Shown in pieces: positions 18,734-27,794 of a stretch of DNA of 64,000 bases (within the stretch, counting starts at the first letter, position 1; every line of letters begins with the position of its first letter). Under the pieces are notes generated by a model. That model did not search any database. It saw nothing but the letters and a program-made list of their open reading frames with translations, and had not been told where the DNA came from. This stretch comes from Planctomycetota bacterium. Its GTDB lineage: Bacteria > Planctomycetota > MHYJ01 > JACPRB01. Location: contig JACQVR010000094.1 of assembly GCA_016209705.1 (NCBI GenBank), positions 64 to 64,063 of the forward strand, written 5' to 3'. Position numbers and translations under genes: made by a program.

Positions 18734-20212
18734 CTATCCCTTAAACGGATTGTAGAGGTACACCTTTTCGCCGGGCCGCAGGCCTTCCACGATCTGCACG
18801 GCCTTGCCGTTGCTGGTCGCGATCTTCACTTCGCGCTTGACCGGGCGATCGCCTTCCTGGACGTAGCAGTAGTACTGCCCTCCTTCTGCGAAGACCGAAA
18901 CCACGGGCACCTGAACGGCTTCCGCGACGGTGTCGACGTGGATCGTGACGCGGCAGTTCATTCCTGCCCGCAGTTGAGGATGGACTCCTTCGTACGCGCC
19001 GACGACCTTGAAAGACCGGACGGCGCTCATGAACTCGTCGCGGCTGGCGATATGCTCGACTTTCGTCACTTTTCCGCGGATGTTCAGATCCGGGAACGCG
19101 TCCGGACGAAGGGTGATCGGCAAGCCCTCCTTCATGTGCTGGATGTCGTTCTCCCGCACCTGCATCTTGACGGACAAATGCTCCATGGAGGCGATGGTCA
19201 GCAGCGTTTCGTGCGTCTGCACCCGGCCGCCCACGCGCAGGTTCCGCTGGCCGCCCCCGAAGGAAATGATCACGTCGCCGAGCGGATTCTCGTCCGTGAG
19301 CGAGCCGTAGAAGACGATTCCGTTGCGGGGAGAAAGGACTTTCAGCATTTCCAGGTCCTGCTCGAGGCGGCTCACCTTATCCTGGGCGATCTTGAACTCG
19401 CGCTGCGCCTTCTGGACCCCGGCTTGCTTCTCCGCCACCTTCGTCTCGAAGCTGACCTTTTCCTTCTTTTCTTCGGCCTGGATCTTCTTGATCTCGAGCA
19501 TCTTCTTCTCGGCGTCGATGTCCAGCTCGTACTTCTTGAAGTGTTCCAGCTTCTCCCGCTGCTTCTCGAGCCCTCGCTCCGCTTCCTCGATTTGCCGCCG
19601 CGCGCGCTCGACCAGAATCGTTTCGGTGGCGGTATGGAGTTCCCGCTCGTCGTACAGCTTCTTGAGCTGCTCGAAATTGATCCGGCTGTCCTTCAATGAA
19701 TTTTCCGAGTTGCGGATTTCTTTCAACTTGTCGTCCAGCTTGAACTCCTTGTTCTTCACCTCCGCCTCATGGCTCCGCTCGGCCATCTCCAGCTCTTTGA
19801 GGATGCGCTCCAGGGTCGCCGCCTGATCGATTTGCGTGACGGCGAGCTCCGATTCGGCCTTTTGAAGCGCCAGGCGGGCGTCGTCCACGGCGGTGACGGC
19901 CTTTTCGATCGCGTCCTGGATCGTCTTGGTATCGAGCTGGAGGAGCGGGTCCCCTTCCTTGACGGAGGCGCCCTCGGGAATGATCTGGGTGATGATCAAG
20001 TCGCCGCGGTACTCCTTGGGCTCGACCGCGATGCGCGTCTTGTCTTCGGCGTGGAAGACTCCGGCGACCTGGGCCTCGATGGAGAGGTTGTCTTTCACGA
20101 CCGTCGCCAGCATGCCCTCCTTCGCCCCTCCATCCCCCGTTTTCGCCGTGGGAAAGAGAGCCAGCGCCGCCACGGCGGAAAAAGCGATCAAGGCACCCGT
20201 CTTCACGATCAT
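18734..20212 (-). CDS. HlyD/MacA-family periplasmic adaptor (membrane fusion protein).
   Basis: A signal anchor is followed by a long coiled-coil (Glu/Lys-rich heptads). The C-terminal beta-barrel/MPD domains read KVYLYNPFKG. Confidence 0.85.
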   Translation of the reverse strand: MIVKTGALIAFSAVAALALFPTAKTGDGGAKEGMLATVVKDNLSIEAQVAGVFHAEDKTRIAVEPKEYRGDLIITQIIPEGASVKEGDPLLQLDTKTIQDAIEKAVTAVDDARLALQKAESELAVTQIDQAATLERILKELEMAERSHEAEVKNKEFKLDDKLKEIRNSENSLKDSRINFEQLKKLYDERELHTATETILVERARRQIEEAERGLEKQREKLEHFKKYELDIDAEKKMLEIKKIQAEEKKEKVSFETKVAEKQAGVQKAQREFKIAQDKVSRLEQDLEMLKVLSPRNGIVFYGSLTDENPLGDVIISFGGGQRNLRVGGRVQTHETLLTIASMEHLSVKMQVRENDIQHMKEGLPITLRPDAFPDLNIRGKVTKVEHIASRDEFMSAVRSFKVVGAYEGVHPQLRAGMNCRVTIHVDTVAEAVQVPVVSVFAEGGQYYCYVQEGDRPVKREVKIATSNGKAVQIVEGLRPGEKVYLYNPFKG

Positions 20213-20440
20213 AAGCTTCGACCTCCTTCGGCCTGCGGCCCCACCGCCGGTCTATGGGAACACTCCGGCTGTCTTCGTGGAAAATCGGAAACGCCCGGCG
20301 CAAGGTCCTCTCAGTTAGTACGAGATGAGCTCGGTTTGTTCGAACGTATTTGAGAAAAAAGCTTGAACGTAGGCCGCAACCGGCTTCCCCTTCCGAAACG
20401 TGACTTCGAGATAGCGGTCTTTCATGGGTCAAAACCTATC

Positions 20441-21262
20441 CTACCGGAGGTGACGCGCTTCGGCGGTCTCGGGAGCGACATCGAACTCCACGAGCACCGG
20501 CAGGTGATCCGAGGCGACCCGCGTCAGCCGCGTCCGCAGCACTTCCGCGCGCTTGACGCTGATTTCCGGGCTGACGAACACGTGATCGTAGCGCACGAAC
20601 GGCCACAGGCTCGGCCATGTGGGACGCGACGTGCCGCCGTTCACGATCTGCGCGTCGCGCAAGGTGCCGTTGATGAGCCGATAGACCGGCGATCGCGCGG
20701 TCGCGTTGAAATCTCCGCAGAGGATGCGCGGGAACGCGCACGCGGCGTGCGTCAGCCAATCCTTCCCGCACAAGTCGGTGGCTTGAAGCATCCGCTCGCC
20801 GCGAACCAGTCCAAGATGCGTGTTGATCACCTGAACATCCCGGTTTCCGACCTTGACCGAAGCCCACAGGGCGGCGCGGCGCTGCACCCGAAACACGGGC
20901 GAGGTCGGCAGCAGCGCGCTGCGGACCATGCGCAAGGGAAGGCGGCTCAAGATGGCGTTGCCGAAACGCGCCCCGTCCCGCTCGCGGGCCGGATGGTAGA
21001 GGAACTCCATCCCCAGGAGCTCCGCCAGACGGGAAGGCTGGTCGAGGTGATCCGTTCTCAGATGGTCGGTTTCGAGCTCCTGCAGCGCCACGATGTGCGG
21101 ATCGGCCTCGCGGATCGCCGCCGCCACGCGGGCGGGATCATGCCGCCCGTCGACGCCGACGCAACGATGCACATTGTAGGTCAGAATTCGAAAGGTAGGA
21201 CGCGGCGCCGGAACGGGCGCCGGGAATGAAGCCGGAAGCGGCTTCGACAGAATGGATATCAT
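20441..21262 (-). CDS. Endonuclease/exonuclease/phosphatase (EEP) family protein.
   Basis: TYNVHRCVG, LQELE and DHLPVLVEF motifs are present. The overlapping plus-strand ORF 20363..21229 is antisense artefact. Confidence 0.8.
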   Translation of the reverse strand: MISILSKPLPASFPAPVPAPRPTFRILTYNVHRCVGVDGRHDPARVAAAIREADPHIVALQELETDHLRTDHLDQPSRLAELLGMEFLYHPARERDGARFGNAILSRLPLRMVRSALLPTSPVFRVQRRAALWASVKVGNRDVQVINTHLGLVRGERMLQATDLCGKDWLTHAACAFPRILCGDFNATARSPVYRLINGTLRDAQIVNGGTSRPTWPSLWPFVRYDHVFVSPEISVKRAEVLRTRLTRVASDHLPVLVEFDVAPETAEARHLR

Positions 21263-21597
21263 GGGCTGGGAAAAACTCCCCTACGCGGGGACGCGCCTCC
21301 CTCGCGAAAATCCTACCACCTTGATTCGGCATTTGCGGAGCGGCAACCGGCGTGGTGGGTAAGACGCCGCGCGAATCGCCCTGAGTATAAGCCGAACGGA
21401 CCGCACTTTCAATCGCGTTGTTCGGTCGGTCTGAAACTCCGGAATGAGGCAAAGCCTGACCCGAAAGGCGATGGAGGACGCTGGAGCGACAGATTGAAGC
21501 GATGTCCGCGTTCCATCCAACTCGAACATAACATTCCTCCTTTCGCGCGCATCAAATCAGAGGGGAATCTATCCCCCGACGAGAAAGGAGTACCACC

Positions 21598-22038
21598 ATG
21601 ACGGCCGTAAAAGAAGTAATGACGCGACAGGTCGCCACGATCGAACCGGAGACGACGCTGGCCGACGCGGCCAAGAAGATGCGGCAGCTCGATTGCGGCT
21701 CGCTTCCCATATGTGAAGGCAAAGGGCATATGCTCCTGGGCATCGTCACGGACCGCGACATCACCGTCCGGGCCGTCGCGGAGGGCCGCGATCCCAACCG
21801 CACGCCCGTGCGGGAAATCATGTCTTCCGACCTGGTGTGCATCGCGGAGGATCGGGATACGGAGCAAGCCGCGACCCTCATGTCGACTTACCAGGTCCGC
21901 CGGCTGCCCGTCGTGGATCCGACGAACCACGTCATCGGCATGCTGTCCCTCGGCAAGCTCGCCCGGACGGACAACGGCCAGCGAACGGCGCAGGTCCTCA
22001 AGGACATATCCGAACGGAGAACGAGCAGGAAGAAATAG
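21598..22038 (+). CDS. CBS-pair domain protein.
   Basis: Two CBS motifs are present (GIVTDRDI and VIGMLSLGKL). A strong RBS AGGAG lies upstream. Confidence 0.8.
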   Translation: MTAVKEVMTRQVATIEPETTLADAAKKMRQLDCGSLPICEGKGHMLLGIVTDRDITVRAVAEGRDPNRTPVREIMSSDLVCIAEDRDTEQAATLMSTYQVRRLPVVDPTNHVIGMLSLGKLARTDNGQRTAQVLKDISERRTSRKK

Positions 22039-22306
22039 GCGAGCTTTCATCCCTCCGCGATTCTGCGCCAACCGACGCCGGAAGATCGACACCGTCAGAT
22101 GTCGCTGTTCACGGAAGGTCTCCGCACGGTCGCGCGATTGCTCAACGGCAACGGAAGCGTTTCAGCCTCGATCGCCCGAAGGCGTCGCGAAGGTCCTCCT
22201 TGGCCCGTTCAAGTCGCGCGCGGCGGGAATCGTTACGTCCCAGGGGTCGACGAGCGGCCATCATCGACACGGACGCTCGGTAAGATTAGACTTCGTGGGA
22301 GGTTCC

Positions 22307-23062
22307 ATGAGAACGCTGCTTCGGCTCAGCTTCGGGGTGGCGCTGACCGCGTCAGGCTGCCATTTCCGATCGCAGGATGACCCAGCCCAGGAGCCCCGCG
22401 CGGCGGCCGCAGCCGTCGCGAACATCCCGGCTCTCGACCGACAAATCCCCGATGTTCTCGAATCCGCCACATTCGCGGTCGGCTGATTCTGGGATGCGGA
22501 CGCCCGGTTCGGGACCGTCCCCGGCGTCGTGCGCACGCGCGTGGGATACGCCGGCGGAACGCTCGCGAATCCCGCCTATGACCACATAGGCGACCATCTC
22601 GAGGCGATCCAGATCGACTACGATCCGTCGCGAGTCACGTACGAGGATCTCCTGGATCTCTTCTGGGAGATCCATGATCCCTGCCCGCCGCGCTGGACCC
22701 GCCAGTACATGTCCGTCATCTTCACGCACAACGAGACGCAACGGGAACTCGCGGAGGGATTCAAGGCGCGCGAGGACGCCCCGGGCGCGATCATTCCGAC
22801 CAAGATCCTCCCGTTGACCCGGTTTTATCCGGCGGAGGACCGTCATCAAAAGTACGTGCTGCGTCAGATAGAAGAGCTGATGCGGGAGTTCCGCGCCATG
22901 TATCCCAGGGAGGCCGACTTCGTGAATTCCACGGCGGCCGCGCGCGTCAACGGATTCGTGGCCGGCCTCACCCTAGCGGAACGGATCGAAGCGGTGATCG
23001 ATCAATTAGGGCTTTCTCCCGAGGGTCGGCGACTGCTGCGATCCTTCGCCCTTCCGCAGTGA
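22307..23062 (+). CDS. msrA: Peptide methionine sulfoxide reductase MsrA lipoprotein with in-frame TGA (22484-22486) at the catalytic Cys position. Candidate Sec-MsrA.
   Basis: A GGGAGG RBS precedes signal/lipobox MRTLLRLSFGVALTASGC. Translation continues ...ESATFAVG-TGA-FWDADARFGTVPGVVRTRVGYAGG... (GCFWG becomes GUFWD). The rest of MsrA, including DPCPPRW, is in frame through to 23062. Confidence 0.7.
22498..22520 (+). promoter_or_regulatory. Candidate bSECIS hairpin, 11 nt downstream of the msrA TGA.
   Basis: GGACG-CCC-GGUUC-GGG-AC-CGUCC folds as a bipartite stem with an apical loop GGUUC. Confidence 0.45.
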
Positions 23063-23093
23063 ACGCCTATTTTTACACTCCAATCGCCGCTGG

Positions 23094-23113
23094 GCCGCCG
23101 CACGCGGCGGGGC
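23094..23113. terminator. GC hairpin between convergent msrA and the antiporter gene.
   Basis: CCGCCG-CACG-CGGCGG is followed by GGCTTTCACC. The U-tract is weak. Confidence 0.3.
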
Positions 23114-23127
23114 TTTCACCGTTGTGA

Positions 23128-24444
23128 TCACGACCTCGACTCCTGCCCTTTCATGAGCCATCGGATCAGCGGCGTGGCCATGAACGTGGTCACCAGCGCC
23201 ATGACGACGAGCATCGTGAACATGCCCGTGGGGAGGAGCCCAAGGTCTTTCCCGATGTTGAGCACGATCAGCGCCATGAGCGCCCGCGTGTTCATGCAGA
23301 TTCCGATCGTCGCGGCGCTGCGGGGATTCTCTCCCAGGAGCCGGGCGGACACGTAGGCGCCCCCGAACTTGCCCGCGAACGCCACGACACACACAAGGAC
23401 GCACAGCCACGCTCCGAACCATCCCTGGAGGGAGCCGATGTCGGTGCGGAGCCCGGTGTAGGCGAAGAAGACGGGCAGGAAGAACGTAGTGACCAGCGCA
23501 GACACGCGGTCCTTCCATTCCTGGACGAATCGGCGGTCGTCGTGCAGCGCCAGCCCTATCACGAAGCCGCCGAAGATGGCGAAAACGCCCAGGTTGCTCG
23601 TGACGCCGGCGGAAGTGAAGAGAAGCAGCAGGAGACTCGCGATCGCGCCGAAGCGCAGGCTTCCGTGACGGTCCAAGTGGGCCGCTACAGCCCGCCGCAG
23701 GAGGGGCCGCAGAACCACCCCCACGAACGCCACGTAGAGGACGAGGCCCCCAAATCTGGCCGCCGCCCAGCTCGCCGTGAAATTTCCCGTCACCAGCAGC
23801 GAGATCGCTCCGAGGAGGAGCCATCCGATCGCATCGTCGATGGCCGCCGCGCCGATCGTCAGCGCGGCCGTCCGCGTGTGGGAGAGCCCAAGCTCCATGA
23901 AGATCCGCCCCAGGATCGGGATCGCGGTGATGGAGATGGCGACCGCGAAGAAGAGGCGAAATCCATCGAGCGGCGGAAGCGCTTCCCCGGGCCGGAGCTG
24001 GAGGTGATCGTAGAAGAAGGACGCGGTGAGGAGCGCCAGCGCGAAGGGAATGACGATGCCGCCGGCGCTGATGGCCGTCACGGACCTCAGGTCGCGGCCC
24101 ACGTGGCGGCGGAACTCGAATTCGAGGCCGATCTGGAACATGAGGAGCACGAGTCCCACCTGGGCCAGCCCCACAAAGATGGTCGACGTCGAGGGGTGGA
24201 ACAGCTCGCGCATGAAGCCGGGGGCGAGCGCGCCCAGACAACTCGGGCCGAGGAGGATGCCTGTCAGGATCTCGCCGGACACGTCCGTCTGGCCCAGCCG
24301 CCGGACGATCCAGGTGACGATGCGGGTGGCCAGGAGGATCGCGATCAACTGATAGAGAAGGCGGAGAACGATCTGCTCGGCATCGGCGCTGACCGCCGAC
24401 TCCTGAAAGGGAGCTATCGGAAGGAGCGCAAGCATCCGGTGCAT
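23128..24444 (-). CDS. Monovalent cation:proton antiporter (CPA2/Kef-type Na+/H+ exchanger domain).
   Basis: The protein is polytopic and contains GEILTGILLGPSCLG. The start is uncertain (ATG 24444 or the track start 24498). Confidence 0.8.
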   Translation of the reverse strand: MHRMLALLPIAPFQESAVSADAEQIVLRLLYQLIAILLATRIVTWIVRRLGQTDVSGEILTGILLGPSCLGALAPGFMRELFHPSTSTIFVGLAQVGLVLLMFQIGLEFEFRRHVGRDLRSVTAISAGGIVIPFALALLTASFFYDHLQLRPGEALPPLDGFRLFFAVAISITAIPILGRIFMELGLSHTRTAALTIGAAAIDDAIGWLLLGAISLLVTGNFTASWAAARFGGLVLYVAFVGVVLRPLLRRAVAAHLDRHGSLRFGAIASLLLLLFTSAGVTSNLGVFAIFGGFVIGLALHDDRRFVQEWKDRVSALVTTFFLPVFFAYTGLRTDIGSLQGWFGAWLCVLVCVVAFAGKFGGAYVSARLLGENPRSAATIGICMNTRALMALIVLNIGKDLGLLPTGMFTMLVVMALVTTFMATPLIRWLMKGQESRS

Positions 24445-24645
24445 CGGGATTCCTGTCTGGAGGAAGAGCTTCGAGAACGCGTTAAGGAAATCCTCCAATG
24501 TCCCCCGAGATCCCCGGCAGCGCGCCCGCCGGTTACCCGAACAGCCACGTGGTCATCTCAGGCAAGAAGGTCGTCTCGAACCGGCGGGAAATGAATCCTT
24601 GGTAACCGGGAATCCGCCTTCGCTCCTGTTTCTGCCTCTTCCGAT

Positions 24646-24777
24646 CAGTTCCTGCCGGAGCTACGGCGTGATATTCGCCTCCGCTCGCTCAGATCAGGAA
24701 AGGCAGGACCAACATTACGCCGAAGCCCCGCCCATTTATCTCGTAGACTGCCGAATGGGCGGGGCGGAGGCGAATAC
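24646..24777. other. Highly structured non-coding segment: a nested 12-bp/12-bp perfect helix plus an outer 12-bp helix. Function unknown.
   Basis: The outer helix is ATTCGCCTCCGC...GCGGAGGCGAAT. The inner helix is GCCCCGCCCATT-(17 nt)-AATGGGCGGGGC. The segment lies between the antiporter start and tRNA-Arg. Confidence 0.25.
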
Positions 24778-24915
24778 GCCCTACTGAACGATTTTAGAAC
24801 CACTCTTCGGACATGGTTCGACTCGCCGCTGCGCGGCTCGCTCACCATACTTCGCCTCGCGCGGCAAGAGGGTACTTGTACTGAGCGAGCGCGGTGACAG
24901 CCGCGCGAGTCGAAG

Positions 24916-24989
24916 TACGCCCGGCAGGAATCGAACCTGCAACCTACTGGTTCGTAGCCAGTCACTCTATCCAATTGAGCTACGGGCGC
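24916..24989 (-). tRNA. tRNA-Arg (anticodon ACG).
   Basis: Sense sequence is GCGCCCGTAGCTCAATTGGATAGAGTGACTGGCTACGAACCAGTAGGTTGCAGGTTCGATTCCTGCCGGGCGTA. It folds as a cloverleaf with anticodon loop CUACGAA and T-loop GGTTCGATTCC. The 1:72 pair is G:U. Confidence 0.85.
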
Positions 24990-25200
24990 ACGCGCCGGCG
25001 AAGGCGCCGCTCCGCGCGAAACGCGGAGCGCAACCGATAGTCTATCGCCCACGGGGCGCGTTTCAATAGTTTCGCCTCGGTGCCTCCTTCCCCAAGCTCC
25101 CAGCCCCGAGCTCCAAGCCGCGCCTTCACCAGCCCCATGCGTAAACTCGTTCCATGCGCCGCTTCGTTTCGCCGTTGGACTTCCTCCGGCCGCCGATATA

Positions 25201-26847
25201 ATGGCCGCGATGCGAAAGCGAGAATCCGACCCGACCTACACCGTCCTCGCCCGGCGCTACCGTCCAGTGCGCTTCGAAGAAGTTGTCGGCCAGGAGCACG
25301 TCACCACCACTCTGGCCAACGCCATCCGCGAAGGGCGCATCGGCCACGCCTATCTCTTCGCGGGCCCCCGCGGCGTCGGCAAGACGTCGACCGCCCGCCT
25401 CCTGGCCAAGTCGCTCAACTGCGAAAAAGGTCCCACGCCCACCCCGTGCAACGCGTGCGAGCTGTGCCGTCGCATCCAGGACGGAACGGATACCGACGTC
25501 ATCGAAATGGACGCCGCGTCCAACAACAGCGTCGAAGACGCCCGCGACCTGCGCGACGGCGTCCGCTATCTCCCGATGAAGGGTCGATTCAAGGTCTATA
25601 TTCTCGACGAAGCCCACATGCTGTCCAAGGCGGCCTTCAACGCCCTTCTGAAGACGCTCGAGGAACCGCCGCCCCACGTGAAGTTCATCTTCGCCACCAC
25701 GGAACTCCACAAGCTTCCGGACACGATCCTCTCGCGATGCCAGCAGTTCGATTTCCGCCGCGTCACCTCCGCGGACATCGTGAAGCGCCTGCGCCAGGTG
25801 ATCGACGCCGAGAAGCTCGCCGTGAACGAACCGGTCCTCGCGTCCATCGCCCGCGCCGCGCGCGGATCGATGCGCGACGCGGAGTCCATCCTCGACCAGC
25901 TCGTCGCGTTCAAGCGCGGCGGCCTGACCTCCGACGACGTGGCCGTCCTGCTCGGGGCCGCGGGAGGCGACCGGGTGGACGCGCTGGTGCGGGAGATCCA
26001 ATCCGGAAACGCCGGCGGCGTCCTGACCTCGCTCGACGCGATCTTCTCCACCGGCGTGGATTCCTCCGCGTTCGCGGACCAGATGATCGACCATTTCCGC
26101 GGGCTCCTGGCGATCAAGGCGTGCGGCCGAGCTTCCCCCGTCATCGATCTGCCGGACGCGCTCTTGGACGCCGCGGACCGGCAGGCGGCGGGATTCTCGC
26201 TGGAATCGCTGCTGTATCACCTCCAGCTCCTGCTGGAGGCGAGGCGCCGCATCAAGGAAGGCGCGGATCCGAGAATCGTGATCGAAATCACGTTCGTCAA
26301 GATGGCCAAGGCGGCCGACCTGGTGCCGCTGGCCGAGATCCTCCGCGCGGGATCGCCGCCCGCGCCGCCCAAGCCTCCCCCGCCTTCGACGGCGAATCCG
26401 CCCGCGGCGGCCGTCCCCATCGAGCCGCCCGAAGAGACGGATCCCGGGCCCGTGAGCGCCGAGATCACCGTGCCGACGCTCCGCGCCCACTGGCACCGGG
26501 TGTCGGCGGAAGTGAAAAAAGTCAGCGCCATCCCGGGCGCGCTGCTGGAACACGGGAAACCGACCCGAATGGCGGGCGACGAGGTGGAGATCGCCTTGCC
26601 TCCCACGTTGTCCATGCATCGCGACCAGCTCGATTCCGCCAAGAACCGGCAGATCATCGAGGCGGCGCTCCAACGCGTTTTCGGGCGGCGGCTGGGAGTT
26701 CACGTGGTCGTCACCCCGAGCGGACCGGAGCCCGACCTGCCGCTGCTCCAGAGGCCGGCCGCGGCGCCGGCCGACCTTGCGTCCGACCCCGGAGTCCGCA
26801 AGGTCCTGGAAAAATTTCCGGGGTCCAAGATCGTCGGAATAGAATGA
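25201..26847 (+). CDS. dnaX: DNA polymerase III subunit gamma/tau.
   Basis: Walker A GPRGVGKTS and a clamp-loader zinc module CNACELC are present. It heads the conserved dnaX-ybaB-recR arrangement. Confidence 0.9.
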   Translation: MAAMRKRESDPTYTVLARRYRPVRFEEVVGQEHVTTTLANAIREGRIGHAYLFAGPRGVGKTSTARLLAKSLNCEKGPTPTPCNACELCRRIQDGTDTDVIEMDAASNNSVEDARDLRDGVRYLPMKGRFKVYILDEAHMLSKAAFNALLKTLEEPPPHVKFIFATTELHKLPDTILSRCQQFDFRRVTSADIVKRLRQVIDAEKLAVNEPVLASIARAARGSMRDAESILDQLVAFKRGGLTSDDVAVLLGAAGGDRVDALVREIQSGNAGGVLTSLDAIFSTGVDSSAFADQMIDHFRGLLAIKACGRASPVIDLPDALLDAADRQAAGFSLESLLYHLQLLLEARRRIKEGADPRIVIEITFVKMAKAADLVPLAEILRAGSPPAPPKPPPPSTANPPAAAVPIEPPEETDPGPVSAEITVPTLRAHWHRVSAEVKKVSAIPGALLEHGKPTRMAGDEVEIALPPTLSMHRDQLDSAKNRQIIEAALQRVFGRRLGVHVVVTPSGPEPDLPLLQRPAAAPADLASDPGVRKVLEKFPGSKIVGIE

Positions 26848-26857
26848 GGAGGCCCGC

Positions 26858-27178
26858 ATGTTCCCCGGCGGCATGAACCTCGGCAAGCTGAGCAAACAGG
26901 TCCAGGACATGCAGAAAAAACTGGCCCAGGTGGAGGAGCTGCTCAAGGAACGGATCGTCGACGCCACATCGGGCGGGGGCATGGTGACCGTGAAGGTCAA
27001 CGGCGCGGAGGAGGTCGTGGACGTCAAGATCGAGGAGCAGGTGCTGGCCTCGAACGACAAGGCCATGGTGGAAGATCTGGTCATGGCCGCCGTGAACGAA
27101 GGCATCAAGAAAGCCAAGAAACTGCGCGAAGCGGAGATGGCGAAAGTCACGGGAATGTCGCTTCCGGGGTTGTTCTAA
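26858..27178 (+). CDS. ybaB: Nucleoid-associated protein YbaB/EbfC.
   Basis: It is 106 aa and contains GGGMVTVKVNG. Confidence 0.9.
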   Translation: MFPGGMNLGKLSKQVQDMQKKLAQVEELLKERIVDATSGGGMVTVKVNGAEEVVDVKIEEQVLASNDKAMVEDLVMAAVNEGIKKAKKLREAEMAKVTGMSLPGLF

Positions 27179-27197
27179 CTTTGCGGTACGACCGGCC

Positions 27198-27794
27198 ATG
27201 GGCACCGCGACGCCGATCGTTCGACTCATGAAGGCGCTCTCCAGGCTTCCGGGGATTGGAGAGAAGACCGCCGAGCGACTGGCGTTCTTCATCCATGCCC
27301 AGTCTCAAAGCGATGCGCTGGACCTGGCGGACGCCATCCGCGAAGTGAAAGAACGGCTGAGGTCCTGCTCGTTATGCTATGATATGACGATTGAAGATCC
27401 GTGCGCGATCTGCTCGGATGCGAAGCGGGACCGGGCCCTCGTCTGCGTCGTGGAGCAGTCGAAGGATCTCGGAGCGATCGAGAAGGCGGGAGCGTACCGC
27501 GGCCTTTACCATGTGTTGAACGGCCACCTCTCCCCGCTGGACGGCATCGGGCCCGAACAGCTCACGATCCGGCCGCTCGTGGAACGGGTCCGGAAAGGCG
27601 GAGTGGACGAAGTGATTCTGGCGACGAATCCTACGGCGGAAGGAGACGCGACGGCCTTTTACGTGCAGAAGGCGTTGACCCCTTTGGGCGCGAAGGTGAC
27701 CCGGATCGCCCGGGGCCTGCCTGCGGGATCCAGCTTCGAATACGCCAGCCGAACGATCGTCGCCGACGCGCTCAAGGGCCGGCGGGAGTTCTGA
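27198..27794 (+). CDS. recR: Recombination protein RecR.
   Basis: HhH motif LPGIGEKTAERLAFF, C4 zinc finger CSLCYDMTIEDPCAIC and a Toprim domain are present. Confidence 0.9.
   Translation: MGTATPIVRLMKALSRLPGIGEKTAERLAFFIHAQSQSDALDLADAIREVKERLRSCSLCYDMTIEDPCAICSDAKRDRALVCVVEQSKDLGAIEKAGAYRGLYHVLNGHLSPLDGIGPEQLTIRPLVERVRKGGVDEVILATNPTAEGDATAFYVQKALTPLGAKVTRIARGLPAGSSFEYASRTIVADALKGRREF

Noticed and set aside
24790-24915. GGTTCGACTC T-loop-like motif near tRNA-Arg, considered as a tRNA-Sec or tmRNA 3' end.
   Set aside because: No flanking T-stem pairing, acceptor stem or UCA anticodon arm could be built. It is likely a chance match within a GC-rich hairpin region.
24990-25200. Possible SRP (4.5S/ffs) RNA upstream of dnaX, as in many bacteria.
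   Set aside because: No GGAAGGAAGCAGC-type domain IV motif or conserved helix 8 sequence is visible on either strand. Only generic GC hairpins are present (for example GCTCCGCGCGAAACGCGGAGC).
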